A stretch of 64,000 nt of DNA, taken from Halodesulfurarchaeum sp. (GTDB taxonomy: Archaea > Halobacteriota > Halobacteria > Halobacteriales > Halobacteriaceae). The stretch covers positions 1,312,001-1,376,000 of the forward strand of contig JAXHNL010000002.1 of NCBI GenBank assembly GCA_034520565.1, written 5' to 3'. The position numbers and the translations under genes are program-made. Within the stretch, counting starts at the first letter, position 1. Each line of letters begins with the position of its first letter. Under the pieces are notes generated by a model, which was not told the origin of the DNA, ran no database searches, and saw only the letters and a list, made by a program, of their open reading frames with translations. Positions 20,415 through 32,221 of this stretch are shown piece by piece.

Positions 20415-21803
20415 ATGATAGACCCTGTAATCGCGAGCCGTTTGCAATTCGCGTTGACGACGGCCGTGCACATCATCTTCCCTGCCATTTCGATGGGTCT
20501 TGCCCCCTTCCTGGTGTACTTCGCCTGGAAGGAGATGCGGGGAGCTGGTGAACCGTGGGTGTCCCTGCGACGGTTCTGGGTGAAGATCTTCGCCCTAACC
20601 TTCGTCGTGGGCACCGTGACTGGTATCGTCCTCGAATTCGAATTCGGAACCAACTTCGCCGCGTACGCATCCGCAGTCGGCGGGATTTTCGGCGGTCCGC
20701 TGGCCACCGAGGGGCTCATGGCGTTCATGCTCGAGTCGACGTTTCTCGGCATCCTGCTCTTCGGGAAGGAACGGGTGGGACGGCGTATGTACTTCCTTTC
20801 GGCCGTCCTCGTCGGGTTGGGGTCCTGGCTCTCTGCGGTGTGGATCCTGATCGCGAACTCCTGGATGCAACTCCCCCGCGGGTTCGAGATGGGGACCCGG
20901 GCAGGTCAGGAAGTCGCCGTGATCGTCGATCCGGTTGCCGCGTATTTCAATCCGCGATTCTTCTACATGTTCACGCACATGCAGGCCTCGGCCGTGCTGG
21001 CCGCCGCGCTTTTCATGGCCGGCATTGCCACTTACAAGTTGACGACGGCCGAGACGCGGCGGACGTTCTGGATGACGAGTCTCAAACTCGCCATCGTCGG
21101 GATGCTGATTACGGCCCCGTTCATGGCGATTCAGGGGGACTCTTACGGGCGGCACGTGTACGAGACCCAGCCGCAGAAGTTCGCGGCGATGGAAGCCGTC
21201 TACGAGACGGAATCGGGCGTTGCCGAGTATCTGTTCGCGTTCCCGACTGATCCGGCCGATCTCCGCAATCCGAGTGCCCGGAACCTGTTCGCGATCGGCA
21301 TCCCGGGAGGTGCGTCGTTCCTGGCGAGCGGGGGTGATCCCGGTGCGACGATTCAGGGTCTGGATGACATGGAAAGTCTCCAGGGCGTCGAGGGTGAACC
21401 ACCAGTCGCGATCGTCTTCTGGTCCTTCCGGGCCATGGTCGGGCTCGGCATGTGGTTCATCCTGCTGGCGCTCTGGGCCGGCGGCCGCTGGTACCAGGGC
21501 AAGCTGATGGACGACGAATACCTGCAGAAAGGGCTCATGGCGTCGATCCCGCTCGGCCTGTTGGCGATCGAACTCGGCTGGATCGTCGCCGAAGTCGGCC
21601 GCCAGCCGTGGGCCATCCAGGAGGTATTGACCGTGGCAGACGGGGTCTCACCGGGCCTGACCGGTGGCGAGGCGCTCCTGACGCTTACCGGGTTCGTGAT
21701 CGGGTACGCGCTCCTGCTGGGTATCTGGGCCTATCTCGTCCGCCGGCTCATCCTGCGGGGTCCGAAGGAAGCGACGGGTGAATCGGAGGTGATCCCCGAA
21801 TGA
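20415..21803 (+). CDS. cydA: Cytochrome bd quinol oxidase subunit I
   Basis: SRLQFA..HIIFP, EFEFGTN, AF.LES.FLG, QPQKFAAME, FRAMVG, EVGRQPW. Confidence 0.95.
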   Translation: MIDPVIASRLQFALTTAVHIIFPAISMGLAPFLVYFAWKEMRGAGEPWVSLRRFWVKIFALTFVVGTVTGIVLEFEFGTNFAAYASAVGGIFGGPLATEGLMAFMLESTFLGILLFGKERVGRRMYFLSAVLVGLGSWLSAVWILIANSWMQLPRGFEMGTRAGQEVAVIVDPVAAYFNPRFFYMFTHMQASAVLAAALFMAGIATYKLTTAETRRTFWMTSLKLAIVGMLITAPFMAIQGDSYGRHVYETQPQKFAAMEAVYETESGVAEYLFAFPTDPADLRNPSARNLFAIGIPGGASFLASGGDPGATIQGLDDMESLQGVEGEPPVAIVFWSFRAMVGLGMWFILLALWAGGRWYQGKLMDDEYLQKGLMASIPLGLLAIELGWIVAEVGRQPWAIQEVLTVADGVSPGLTGGEALLTLTGFVIGYALLLGIWAYLVRRLILRGPKEATGESEVIPE

Positions 21804-22795
21804 TGCCTCTCGCATCGGGTCCGACATGGTTCGGCGTTCCACTGGTCGAGCTGTGGTTCGTGGCGCTGTTCCTCACGCTCGCCATGTTCCTCTGGCTCGA
21901 CGGGACGAATTTCGGGATGGGCGTCCTCTACGGACTCAGTGACGACCACGAGACTCGCGAACGCATTCTGGCCGCACTCGCTCCGCTCTGGGACGGCGCC
22001 GAAGTCTGGCTCGTCGTCTTCGGCGGGGCCCTCTTCGCGGTGTTTCCGGACGTGTATGCGGGTATTTTTAGCGGGTATTACCTGCTGATGTTTGCGATTC
22101 TCGGGGCATTGATCATTCGCGGTATCTCCCCGGAGTTCATGGAACAACGCGATGATCCACAGTGGCGGCGGGCCTGGAGCATCACGTTCGTTCTCGGAAG
22201 CACCCTCGCTCCGTTCCTCCTCGGGATGTTCGCCGCGAACTGGCTCGTGGGTGCTGAACGTCTCGTCACGCTCCCGGGAATCGTGGTGGGGCTTGCACTC
22301 GTCGCGATCTCGATGGCCCAGGGGGCGGGGTTCCTCGGGATGAAAACCGCGGCCGGGCTCGACGAGACGATGACGCGGTACGGCCTGCTTTCCCAGGTGG
22401 GCTACCTCGTTCTGGCCGTCGTGACAGTCGCGTATCTCTCTCTCGCCGTCGAGGGGATGGCTGCCAAGGTGGCCCATCCGAGCATTCTCGGACTGGTCGC
22501 ACTGACGGCTATCCTCGGAATCGCGTACCTGTGGTTGTTGCAGAACGACCAGTACCGACCGGCCTTTCTCGCGGCTGGGGCACAAATCTTCGGGCTGGTG
22601 GCGCTGGTCGCGTTGCTCTTCTTCCCGGTCATTTACCCGGCCGCCGGGCTCACGGCCTTCGATGCGGCGGTTTCGACGCTTCAGCTCAAGATCATGACCG
22701 TCGTGCTCGCGATTTTCCTCCCGCTCGTGCTGCTCTACTTCGCCGTGCTCTACAGTGCCTTTGCCGGCCCGGCAGAACCAGCCGAAGGGTACTGA
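21800..22795 (+). CDS. cydB: Cytochrome bd quinol oxidase subunit II
   Basis: LDG..FG.G and P.WDG.EVWLVVFGGALFA.FP; overlaps cydA. Confidence 0.92.
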   Translation: MMPLASGPTWFGVPLVELWFVALFLTLAMFLWLDGTNFGMGVLYGLSDDHETRERILAALAPLWDGAEVWLVVFGGALFAVFPDVYAGIFSGYYLLMFAILGALIIRGISPEFMEQRDDPQWRRAWSITFVLGSTLAPFLLGMFAANWLVGAERLVTLPGIVVGLALVAISMAQGAGFLGMKTAAGLDETMTRYGLLSQVGYLVLAVVTVAYLSLAVEGMAAKVAHPSILGLVALTAILGIAYLWLLQNDQYRPAFLAAGAQIFGLVALVALLFFPVIYPAAGLTAFDAAVSTLQLKIMTVVLAIFLPLVLLYFAVLYSAFAGPAEPAEGY

Positions 22796-22846
22796 CCGGC
22801 GTCTTTCGACCGGTGAACTCAATTCCGTTCCCCGTCAAGATCAGCC

Positions 22847-23473
22847 ATGCACGTCGCCTTCGACATGGACGGCGTCCTGCTCGACTCCGAGTCCGATCTC
22901 TCGTGGCTTGACCGCGCGCTGGAGGAGACACTTCGTAGGTTCGACGTCGAACCGACGGACTCGAACCGGAAACTTCTGTATCCGACCAATCTCCGGGACT
23001 TCGATACCGCGGCCGAAACGCTTGGCGTTCCGCCCGAGGAACTTTGGCCGGTTCGCCATGAGGCATACGTCCGGGAGAAACGGGCGGCAATCCAATCCGG
23101 GGAAATCGCTCCCTTTTCCGATATCAACGAACTTCACTCCATCGCCGAATTTGCGTCGCTCTCGATCATCAGCAACTCGCCCGAATCGATCGTCGAGACG
23201 TTCGTGGCCGAGGCCGGCCTGGAAGACGCTATCGACCACCGGATCGGCCGCGGCCCGGAGCGGGCGGCCGTCGAGACGATGAAACCCGCGAGGACCTTTT
23301 TCGACCGGCTCAACGCGATGACCGACGCGTCGGAATACGTCTACGTCGGCGACAACAGTTCGGATGCGCTTTTTGCCCAGCGGACTGGAATGACCTTCGT
23401 TCATCTCGACCGCGAGAAAGGGGCAGTCACGTCTCTCTTTGAAGCGAGAGAGCGAATCGAGGAACTGCTTTAA
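22847..23473 (+). CDS. HAD-superfamily hydrolase
   Basis: FDMDGVL.DS, ISNS, KP, YVGD...D. Confidence 0.88.
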   Translation: MHVAFDMDGVLLDSESDLSWLDRALEETLRRFDVEPTDSNRKLLYPTNLRDFDTAAETLGVPPEELWPVRHEAYVREKRAAIQSGEIAPFSDINELHSIAEFASLSIISNSPESIVETFVAEAGLEDAIDHRIGRGPERAAVETMKPARTFFDRLNAMTDASEYVYVGDNSSDALFAQRTGMTFVHLDREKGAVTSLFEARERIEELL

Positions 23474-23557
23474 CTTCGAGGCCGGTCGTCGTCCGGTGTT
23501 GGTTGCCGTTTGGGACTGTCCGCAAGATTTGAGACATTTCCACGCCAACTGCTAGCT

Positions 23558-23980
23558 ATGACCATTGCCGATCTCATGTCGACCGATCTGGTAACTGTGC
23601 CACTCGGAGCGACCCTCGATCGGGCCGTCGACGAAATGCTCGGGAACGGGGTGGGAAGTGTCGTCGTAATCGACGGCGAGGACGCCGTCGGCATCATCAC
23701 CGAGACGGACGTTCTCGCCGCCGGTTCGGGAACCGAGCGACCGTTCGGCGATATTCCGGTCTCGCGTGCGATGAGTCCGAATCCGGTCACGATCGGCCCG
23801 GAGGAACCGCCCGAATCCGCGATCGGTCGCATGCAGGAATACGGCATTAAGAAACTGGTCGTCGAGGATGGTGGGGACCTCCAGGGCATTCTCACGACGA
23901 CCGACCTGGTCTCCTACCGAACGGATTTCGCCGAAGCACTGGTCGCAATCGATTTCGAGCCGCCCGCTCCCGACAGCTGA
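23558..23980 (+). CDS. CBS-pair protein
   Basis: Two CBS repeats (GIITETD, GILTTTD). Confidence 0.85.
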   Translation: MTIADLMSTDLVTVPLGATLDRAVDEMLGNGVGSVVVIDGEDAVGIITETDVLAAGSGTERPFGDIPVSRAMSPNPVTIGPEEPPESAIGRMQEYGIKKLVVEDGGDLQGILTTTDLVSYRTDFAEALVAIDFEPPAPDS

Positions 23981-23981
23981 C

Positions 23982-24536
23982 TCACTCGGCGTCCTCCGGC
24001 GTGTCGAAGTCGTGGAACTTCTCGCCGTTCACGTCCGAGAGAATGTTGAGCGCCGCTGCCGCACCATCTCCGGCGGCGATCTGGGCCTGCCACTCTTCGA
24101 CCCGCCCCATCGCGCCGGTCGCATAGACCCCCTCGACGCTCGTTTCCATGGTGACGTCGACGTCCACGACGGCCAGATCGGTCAATTCACAGCCGAGGTC
24201 CTTCGCGAGTGTGCGATCGGTCCCGGTCGCCAGGACGAGATAGTCGGCCTCGTAGTCCGCCTCGTCCGTTTCGACGAGGAAGTGATCTTCGAAGTTTGCT
24301 GCACCGGTTACCTCCTCTTCGCGAATTTCCGCACCGAATCCCGCGACCTGTTCGCGGGCCGTCTCCATGAACGCGGAGCCGTCGATGCTTTCGATGCCGA
24401 GGTAATTGAACAGGTGGGCCTTGTGCATCCAGGTCCCGTCCGTGTCGAAGACGACCGTGTCGAGTCCGTTTTTTGCCGTGTACAGTGCTGCTCCGAGGCC
24501 GGCAGGTCCGCCGCCGACGACGATTACGTCAGTCAT
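23982..24536 (-). CDS. Short FAD-dependent oxidoreductase (thioredoxin-reductase-like)
   Basis: VVGGGPAG, LATG, TSVEGVYA.G, Q..IAAGDG. Confidence 0.82.
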   Translation of the reverse strand: MTDVIVVGGGPAGLGAALYTAKNGLDTVVFDTDGTWMHKAHLFNYLGIESIDGSAFMETAREQVAGFGAEIREEEVTGAANFEDHFLVETDEADYEADYLVLATGTDRTLAKDLGCELTDLAVVDVDVTMETSVEGVYATGAMGRVEEWQAQIAAGDGAAAALNILSDVNGEKFHDFDTPEDAE

Positions 24537-24570
24537 ACAGCCCATGTTTGGGGACACTCGGACTATAAGG

Positions 24571-25038
24571 TTAGGCCCTGCCGAGCATCTCGCGGGTTTT
24601 TCGGTGACGGCCAGCAAACGCGAGCGCGAATCCGGGTTTGAGTGCCGTATCGACGGTCGATCCGTATCCGGTCCCAAAATCGATTTCGTCACGCAGGAGT
24701 GTGCCACCGTTCGTCGCGACGAACCGGTGGGTGTGTCGCCACGATTCGAATGGCCCATCTCGCATCTCGTCGACGAAAACCGCTTCCCCGGCCGTCCGTT
24801 CGCGGGAAACGATTTCCGAGACGAACCGGACGCGTGGCCCACCGGGGATCGGCCCGACCGAGAGCGTCATTTCCGTCCCCGCCTCGAGAATCTCGCCCCC
24901 ACCCGGGACCTCGAGGGACTCCACGCGGAGACCAGCCCACCCCGGTGTGAGCGCTTCGAGTCCGTCGATTCGGGAGTGGAACCTCCAGACCGTCTCGAGG
25001 TCCGCGTCGACACGTGACTGGCGGGTGAACCGTGCCAT
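24571..25038 (-). CDS. SRPBCC/START-like protein
   Basis: VW.FH....L..LTP, F.DEM..GPF..W.H.H.F. Confidence 0.8.
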   Translation of the reverse strand: MARFTRQSRVDADLETVWRFHSRIDGLEALTPGWAGLRVESLEVPGGGEILEAGTEMTLSVGPIPGGPRVRFVSEIVSRERTAGEAVFVDEMRDGPFESWRHTHRFVATNGGTLLRDEIDFGTGYGSTVDTALKPGFALAFAGRHRKTREMLGRA

Positions 25039-25084
25039 GTCTTGCAGAAGGGGTCAGGACGAATACGTGTGGTCCAATCAATAA

Positions 25085-25618
25085 TCAGCGCCCGGGATCT
25101 TCGGCCGGGGCGATCATCTTTTCGATTTTGAGGATCACCACGTTTTCGGCCTCGTCCCTGGCGTCGACCCTGCCATCGACGCGTAGCTTCGAGATGGGTG
25201 TGGGGCCGACGGAAACCGAATCCCCCTCGTGGAAGTCCTTGACCGACCCGCGGACCTGGATCTCGGCCCGGCAGAGGTCGGGGTTGAAAACCGTCGTCAA
25301 ATCGATGTTCTGGACGTTGACGTTCTCGACCGGGTCGCCGTTCAGCGTGACCGGAACGACGGCCGGCGAGTCGATCTGCTCGATCTCGAGGGCCTCGAAC
25401 GCGTTCGTCGTCGGTCGATACCCGCCTTTCGGCCCGGGGACGCCTTCGACCAACTGGAGGGCCTTGAGGCTTTGCATCTGATTCCTGATCGTGCCCGGGT
25501 TTCGGTCGACCTCCTCGGCGACTTTCTCGCCCTTGACAGCGGACTCCTCCTGGGTGTATAGGTCCACGAGAGCGCGGAGGATCGTCTTCTGGCTCGCGGT
25601 CAACTCGATAGAGGACAT
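25085..25618 (-). CDS. Winged-helix transcriptional regulator
   Basis: LT.SQ..IL, VKGE.VAEEVDRNPGTIRNQMQSLK, GPKGGY. Confidence 0.8.
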   Translation of the reverse strand: MSSIELTASQKTILRALVDLYTQEESAVKGEKVAEEVDRNPGTIRNQMQSLKALQLVEGVPGPKGGYRPTTNAFEALEIEQIDSPAVVPVTLNGDPVENVNVQNIDLTTVFNPDLCRAEIQVRGSVKDFHEGDSVSVGPTPISKLRVDGRVDARDEAENVVILKIEKMIAPAEDPGR

Positions 25619-25763
25619 TGGGCGAACGTTGGCCGCATCGTTCTATAAAACCCCCGGCCATTGGGTGGTGCCGGAATGCGACGGGTCCGGAGCCGGCACG
25701 CGCGGGTACCCGGTCGCACTCGAAATCGGGAGGCTTAATCCGCCGACAAGTGTGCACACGCTC

Positions 25764-26690
25764 ATGCAGGGACAACGCGTGCTCGTCACCGGCGGAGCCG
25801 GGTTCATCGGCTCGAATCTCGCCAACACCTTGGCCGCCGACAACGAGGTCATCGTCGTCGACGACCTCTTTCTCGGCACCGAAGAGAACCTTTCCGAGAC
25901 GGTCGATTTCCGCGAGCGAAGCGTACTCGAGGACGACCTCCCGACCGACGTCGACGTGCTCTTTCACCTCGCCGCGCTCTCCTCGATGCAGATGCACGAG
26001 GACGACCCCCAGCGGGGCGCTCGCGTCAACGTCGAGGGGTTCGTGAACGCGATCGAGCAGTTCGTCCAGGACGGCGGCGACACCGTCGTTTACGCGACGA
26101 CGTCCTCGATTTACGGCGACCGCACCGAACCCTCGCCCGAAACGATGTCCGTGGAGGCCCGGACCGGCTACGAGGCCTCGAAACTCGCTCGCGAGCGCTA
26201 CGCCGAGTACTACGACAACTATTATGACGACCTCTCGGTGGCCGGACTCCGGTACTTCTCGGTGTACCAGGGAATGGTCGAGGGTGCCGAGGGACACAAG
26301 GGCGAGTACGCCAACATCATCGCCCAGTTCGCCGACGACATCGCGAACGGCGAACCGCCGGTGATCTACGGTGACGGCACCCAGACCCGTGATTTCACCC
26401 ACGTCGAGGATGTCGTCGCGGCCACGATCCAGGCCGCGGAACACGACCTTTCGGGGATTTACAACGTCGGGACGGAAACCCAGTACTCCTTCGAGGCCGT
26501 CGTCGAGATGCTCAACGACGAACTCGGCACGGACGTCGAGCCCGAGTACGTCGAGAACCCGATTCCCGAGGACGTGTACGTCCACGACACGCTCGCGGAC
26601 GCGTCTCGGATCCGGGAGGCGACGGACTGGGTACCGGAGATCTCCTTCTCGGAGGGCATCGAGCGGGTCTGTGCGCCCTACACGGACTGA
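25764..26690 (+). CDS. NAD-dependent nucleotide-sugar epimerase/dehydratase
   Basis: TGGAGFIG, YEASK, GDGTQTRDF.HV.D. Confidence 0.9.
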   Translation: MQGQRVLVTGGAGFIGSNLANTLAADNEVIVVDDLFLGTEENLSETVDFRERSVLEDDLPTDVDVLFHLAALSSMQMHEDDPQRGARVNVEGFVNAIEQFVQDGGDTVVYATTSSIYGDRTEPSPETMSVEARTGYEASKLARERYAEYYDNYYDDLSVAGLRYFSVYQGMVEGAEGHKGEYANIIAQFADDIANGEPPVIYGDGTQTRDFTHVEDVVAATIQAAEHDLSGIYNVGTETQYSFEAVVEMLNDELGTDVEPEYVENPIPEDVYVHDTLADASRIREATDWVPEISFSEGIERVCAPYTD

Positions 26691-26694
26691 CTGA

Positions 26695-27654
26695 CTAGTT
26701 TTCGTCGGTTTCAGGTACAGCGTCTTTCCGATCGAAGAGCATCGCGCCGACCGATCGGAGCGAATCGAGACCGTCGACCGCCGTCGAAAGTTGCGGGACT
26801 GTCACCAATCCAGGCTGATCGCCGTATTCGGCCTCTAGTTCGGCGAGGTGTTCGGCCTGCATCGCCACCCGTTCCCGGTGGTACTCACAGTCACAGACGT
26901 CAGCCGTGAGCAGGCGGTTCGCGACGACGGCGTCGACCGAAATCTCCCGCCGTTCGAGTTCCGCGACGATCCGTGCGGTCTCGGCGACGGCCAGGGATTC
27001 GGGATTCGTCACGACCACGAAACTCGTTCGTTCGTCCCGGACCATCTCGAGACAGTCCTTTGCGAGCCCGCGCCACTCCTCGAGCAACGCGCTCGGATCG
27101 TGGGATACGTCCCGGCTGACCGCCGCCCGCAACTTCGCGTAGAATCGTGGGGCGTCCCCGAGGTGGGCGTAGAGTTCCTCCTCGAGTTCGATGAGGCCGA
27201 TGGTGGCCCCGGCCGGTGCCGTATCCCAGACGATCCGGTCGTAGGTCTCCCCCTCGAAGAGCTCGAGGAGGTAACTCAGTGCGAACTGTGTCGCGATCCC
27301 GGGTGCCTCCGCGAAGTAGTCGATCACCCAGCGATCGACCGGCATGAACGAGGAGACGACGGCGTACATCTCCTCGCCGAACTCGGCTTTCCACCGTTCG
27401 GCGACGGCGTCGAAATCGAGTTCCATCGCGTCGAGCTCGTCAACCCCGGGGACTGGCGTCAGTTCGCCGTACACGTCGAAACCGAGGACGTCCGAGAGGG
27501 ACGGGGATCGATCCGTCGAGAGCAAGAGCGTCCGTTCGCCCCGTTCTGCAAAGTGGATCGCGGTCGCGGCCGAACTGGTCGTCTTGCCCACCCCGCCCTT
27601 TCCGGTGAAGGCGAGCAGCCGAGAGTCCCCGGCGAGCGCCGCGAGACTGTTCAT
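26695..27654 (-). CDS. ArsA/GET3-family ATPase (single domain)
   Basis: [12 protein letters not shown]...SLSD, DTAPAG; overlaps the gyrA stop. Confidence 0.87.
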   Translation of the reverse strand: MNSLAALAGDSRLLAFTGKGGVGKTTSSAATAIHFAERGERTLLLSTDRSPSLSDVLGFDVYGELTPVPGVDELDAMELDFDAVAERWKAEFGEEMYAVVSSFMPVDRWVIDYFAEAPGIATQFALSYLLELFEGETYDRIVWDTAPAGATIGLIELEEELYAHLGDAPRFYAKLRAAVSRDVSHDPSALLEEWRGLAKDCLEMVRDERTSFVVVTNPESLAVAETARIVAELERREISVDAVVANRLLTADVCDCEYHRERVAMQAEHLAELEAEYGDQPGLVTVPQLSTAVDGLDSLRSVGAMLFDRKDAVPETDEN

Positions 27655-30118
27655 GAGTCCTCTGACTCCGCGTCCATCGGTCGGAAGACGCTCACTTCGG
27701 CGAGTTGGTCGGTCGCTTCGACCCGCATCACGAGGACGCCCTTGGTGTTCCGCCCGATCTCGGAGACCTCCGAGACCGGAATCCGGACGAGCTGGCCGGC
27801 CTCGCTCATGCCGATGACGTGATCGCCATCGGACACCGCCTGGAGAGTGGCTACCCGTCCGTTCCGCTCGTCGGTTTTGATGTCCATGAGCCCCTTGCCG
27901 TTGCGGGTCTGGGGTCGGTACTCCCCGAGCGGGGTTTGCTTCCCGTAGCCGTTCTCCGTCACGGTGAGCAGGTCGCGGTCGTCGTCCGGGCGGACGGACG
28001 TGACCCCGGCAACCTCGTCGCCCGGTTCGAGCGTGATGCCACGGACGCCGCGGGCCGTTCGTCCCATGTGCCTGACGTCGGTCTCGGCGAACCTGATCGC
28101 GCGGCCCCGTCGCGTGCCGATGACGATCTGGGACGCGCCGTCAGTGATCTCGACGTCGACCAGCTCGTCGTTACCCTCGAGCCGGGCGGCGATGATTCCC
28201 GTCGAGAGGATGTTCTCGAACTCCGAGGCTGGGGTTCGCTTGACGTATCCTTGACGCGTGACCATCGTCAGGAATTCGTTTTCGTCCACGTCGCGGGTGG
28301 CGACTACCGCGGTGAGGTTCTCCCCGCGATCGAGGTCCAGGAGGTTGACCGCGGAGGTCCCCCGGGCAGTCCGGGACATCTCGGGTACCTGATAGGCCTT
28401 GAGGCGATAGACCTGGCCTGCATCGGTGAAACAGAGGAGTGAATCGTGGGTGCGAGCGGTGAACGCCGCAGCAACCCGATCGCCCTCCTTGAGGTCGGTC
28501 CCGATGATCCCCTTCCCGCCCCTGTGCTGGGCTTTGAAGGCGTCCATCGGGACGCGCTTGATGTAATCGGCCTCTGAGAGCGTGATGAGCACGTCCTCCT
28601 GTGGGATGAGGTCCTCGTCGGTCACCTCGCCGTCGGCCTCGATGATCTTCGTCCGGCGCTCGTCGGCGTATTCTTCCTTCTGTTCGCGGAGCTCTTCCTC
28701 GATAACCGCCCGGAGTTCGGATTCCTCGGCGAGGATCGTTTCCAGCCGCTCGATCCGGGCCTGGACTGACTCGTACTCCTCCTCGATTTCGGTCCGCTCG
28801 AGGGAGGTGAGACTGCCCAGTTGCATCCGCACGATGTGCTGGGCCTGCTCGGTCGAGAAGTCAAATTCGGTCTGGAGCCCCTCCTTTGCCGCGTACCGAT
28901 CCTCGGAGTTGCGGATCAGCTCGACGACTTCCTCGACGTGGTCGAGTGCGCGCAACCGTCCTTCGAGGATGTGGGCCCGGTTTTTCGCCTCGCTGAGGTC
29001 GTGTTCCGAGCGCCGGCGGACGACCTCGCGGCGGTGATCGAGGTAATGCTGGAGCAGTTCCTTGAGCGAGAGCACCTCCGGGTTGCCATCGACCAGTGCC
29101 AGGTTGATCACGCCGAAGGTCCGCTCGAGGACGCTTTCGAGCAGTCGGTTCTCGACGATGTCGGTGTTCGCCGTCCGCTTCAGTTCGATGACGACGCGGA
29201 TGCCGTCCCGGTCGGACTCGTCGCGGAGGTCGGTGACCCCGTCGAGTTCGCCCTCGTTGACCATCTCGGCGATCCGCTCGACGAGTTTCGACTTGTTCTG
29301 CTGGTACGGGAGTTCCGTGAGGACGATCCGATCGCCGCCGTCTCGCTCCTCGATTTCGTAGTCGGCCCGGACCGTCAGCCGCCCGCGGCCCGTCTCGTAG
29401 GCCTTCTTGATCGCGTTCTTGCCGACGATTGTCGCACCCGTGGGGAAGTCGGGGCCAGGTACGAACTCCATCAGATCCGCGACGGTCGCGTCGGGATTCT
29501 CGAGCAGGTGGACCGCCGCGTCGATCACCTCGCCGAGGTTGTGCGGCGGGACGTTTGTGCTCATGCCCACCGCGATCCCGGAGGAGCCGTTCACGAGGAG
29601 GTTCGGCACCGCAGCGGGGAGCACGGTCGGCTCCTCGAGGCGGTCGTCGTAGTTCGACTCGAAGTTGACGGTGTCCTTCTCGATGTCCGCCAGGAGTTCC
29701 TCGGCGATCGGGGCCATCCGGCTCTCCGTGTACCGCATCGCCGCGGCCGGATCGCCGTCGACCGAGCCGAAGTTCCCCTGGCCGTCAACGAGGGGATGTC
29801 GCATCGAGAAGTCCTGGGCCATCCGCACGAGCGTGTCGTAGATGGCGCTGTCCCCGTGGGGGTGGAAGTTCCCCATCGTCTCCCCGACGATCGAGGAGGA
29901 CTTCCGATGCCCGGAGCCACTCGTGATCCCGGCCTCGTGCATCGCATAGAGGATCCGACGGTGAACAGGTTTGAGGCCGTCTCGCACGTCCGGAAGGGCC
30001 CGACCGGCGATCACGCTCATCGCGTAATCGATGTAGGACTGCTCCATCTCGTCTTCGACCCGCACGGTTTCGATCTCGTCTCCGACCTGTCCGGACGGCT
30101 CGGGCAATTCGGAGCTCA

Positions 30119-30119
<1 letters not shown>
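27651..30119 (-). CDS. gyrA: DNA gyrase subunit A
   Basis: [34 protein letters not shown], GyrA-box-like QHRGGKG. Confidence 0.97.
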
Positions 30120-32037
<1,918 letters not shown>

Positions 32038-32082
32038 GAATGAAGTGGATACGAATAGTTCGTCCTGCCTTAAAAACCCGGC

Positions 32083-32104
32083 TATGCGCGTGCACGCGCG
32101 CGTG
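32083..32104. promoter_or_regulatory. 22-bp alternating pyrimidine-purine tract in the divergent gyrB/top6B promoter
   Basis: TATGCGCGTGCACGCGCGCGTG, containing the palindrome GCGCGTGCACGCGC. Confidence 0.6.
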
Positions 32105-32221
32105 GACGGCCGGCATCCGGGCACCCTTAACCCCGACAGGACCGTCCGCTTCACTTTCACCACGCATACCGATCGGACCGGGAGCCTTTTGGCGACTGGC
32201 CCGGAAACCCGACCTAATCGA

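Noticed and set aside
19932-23473. Integrative island at tRNA-Arg carrying cydAB
   Set aside because: No integrase and no duplicated tRNA 3' end seen; the cyd genes look host-like in composition.
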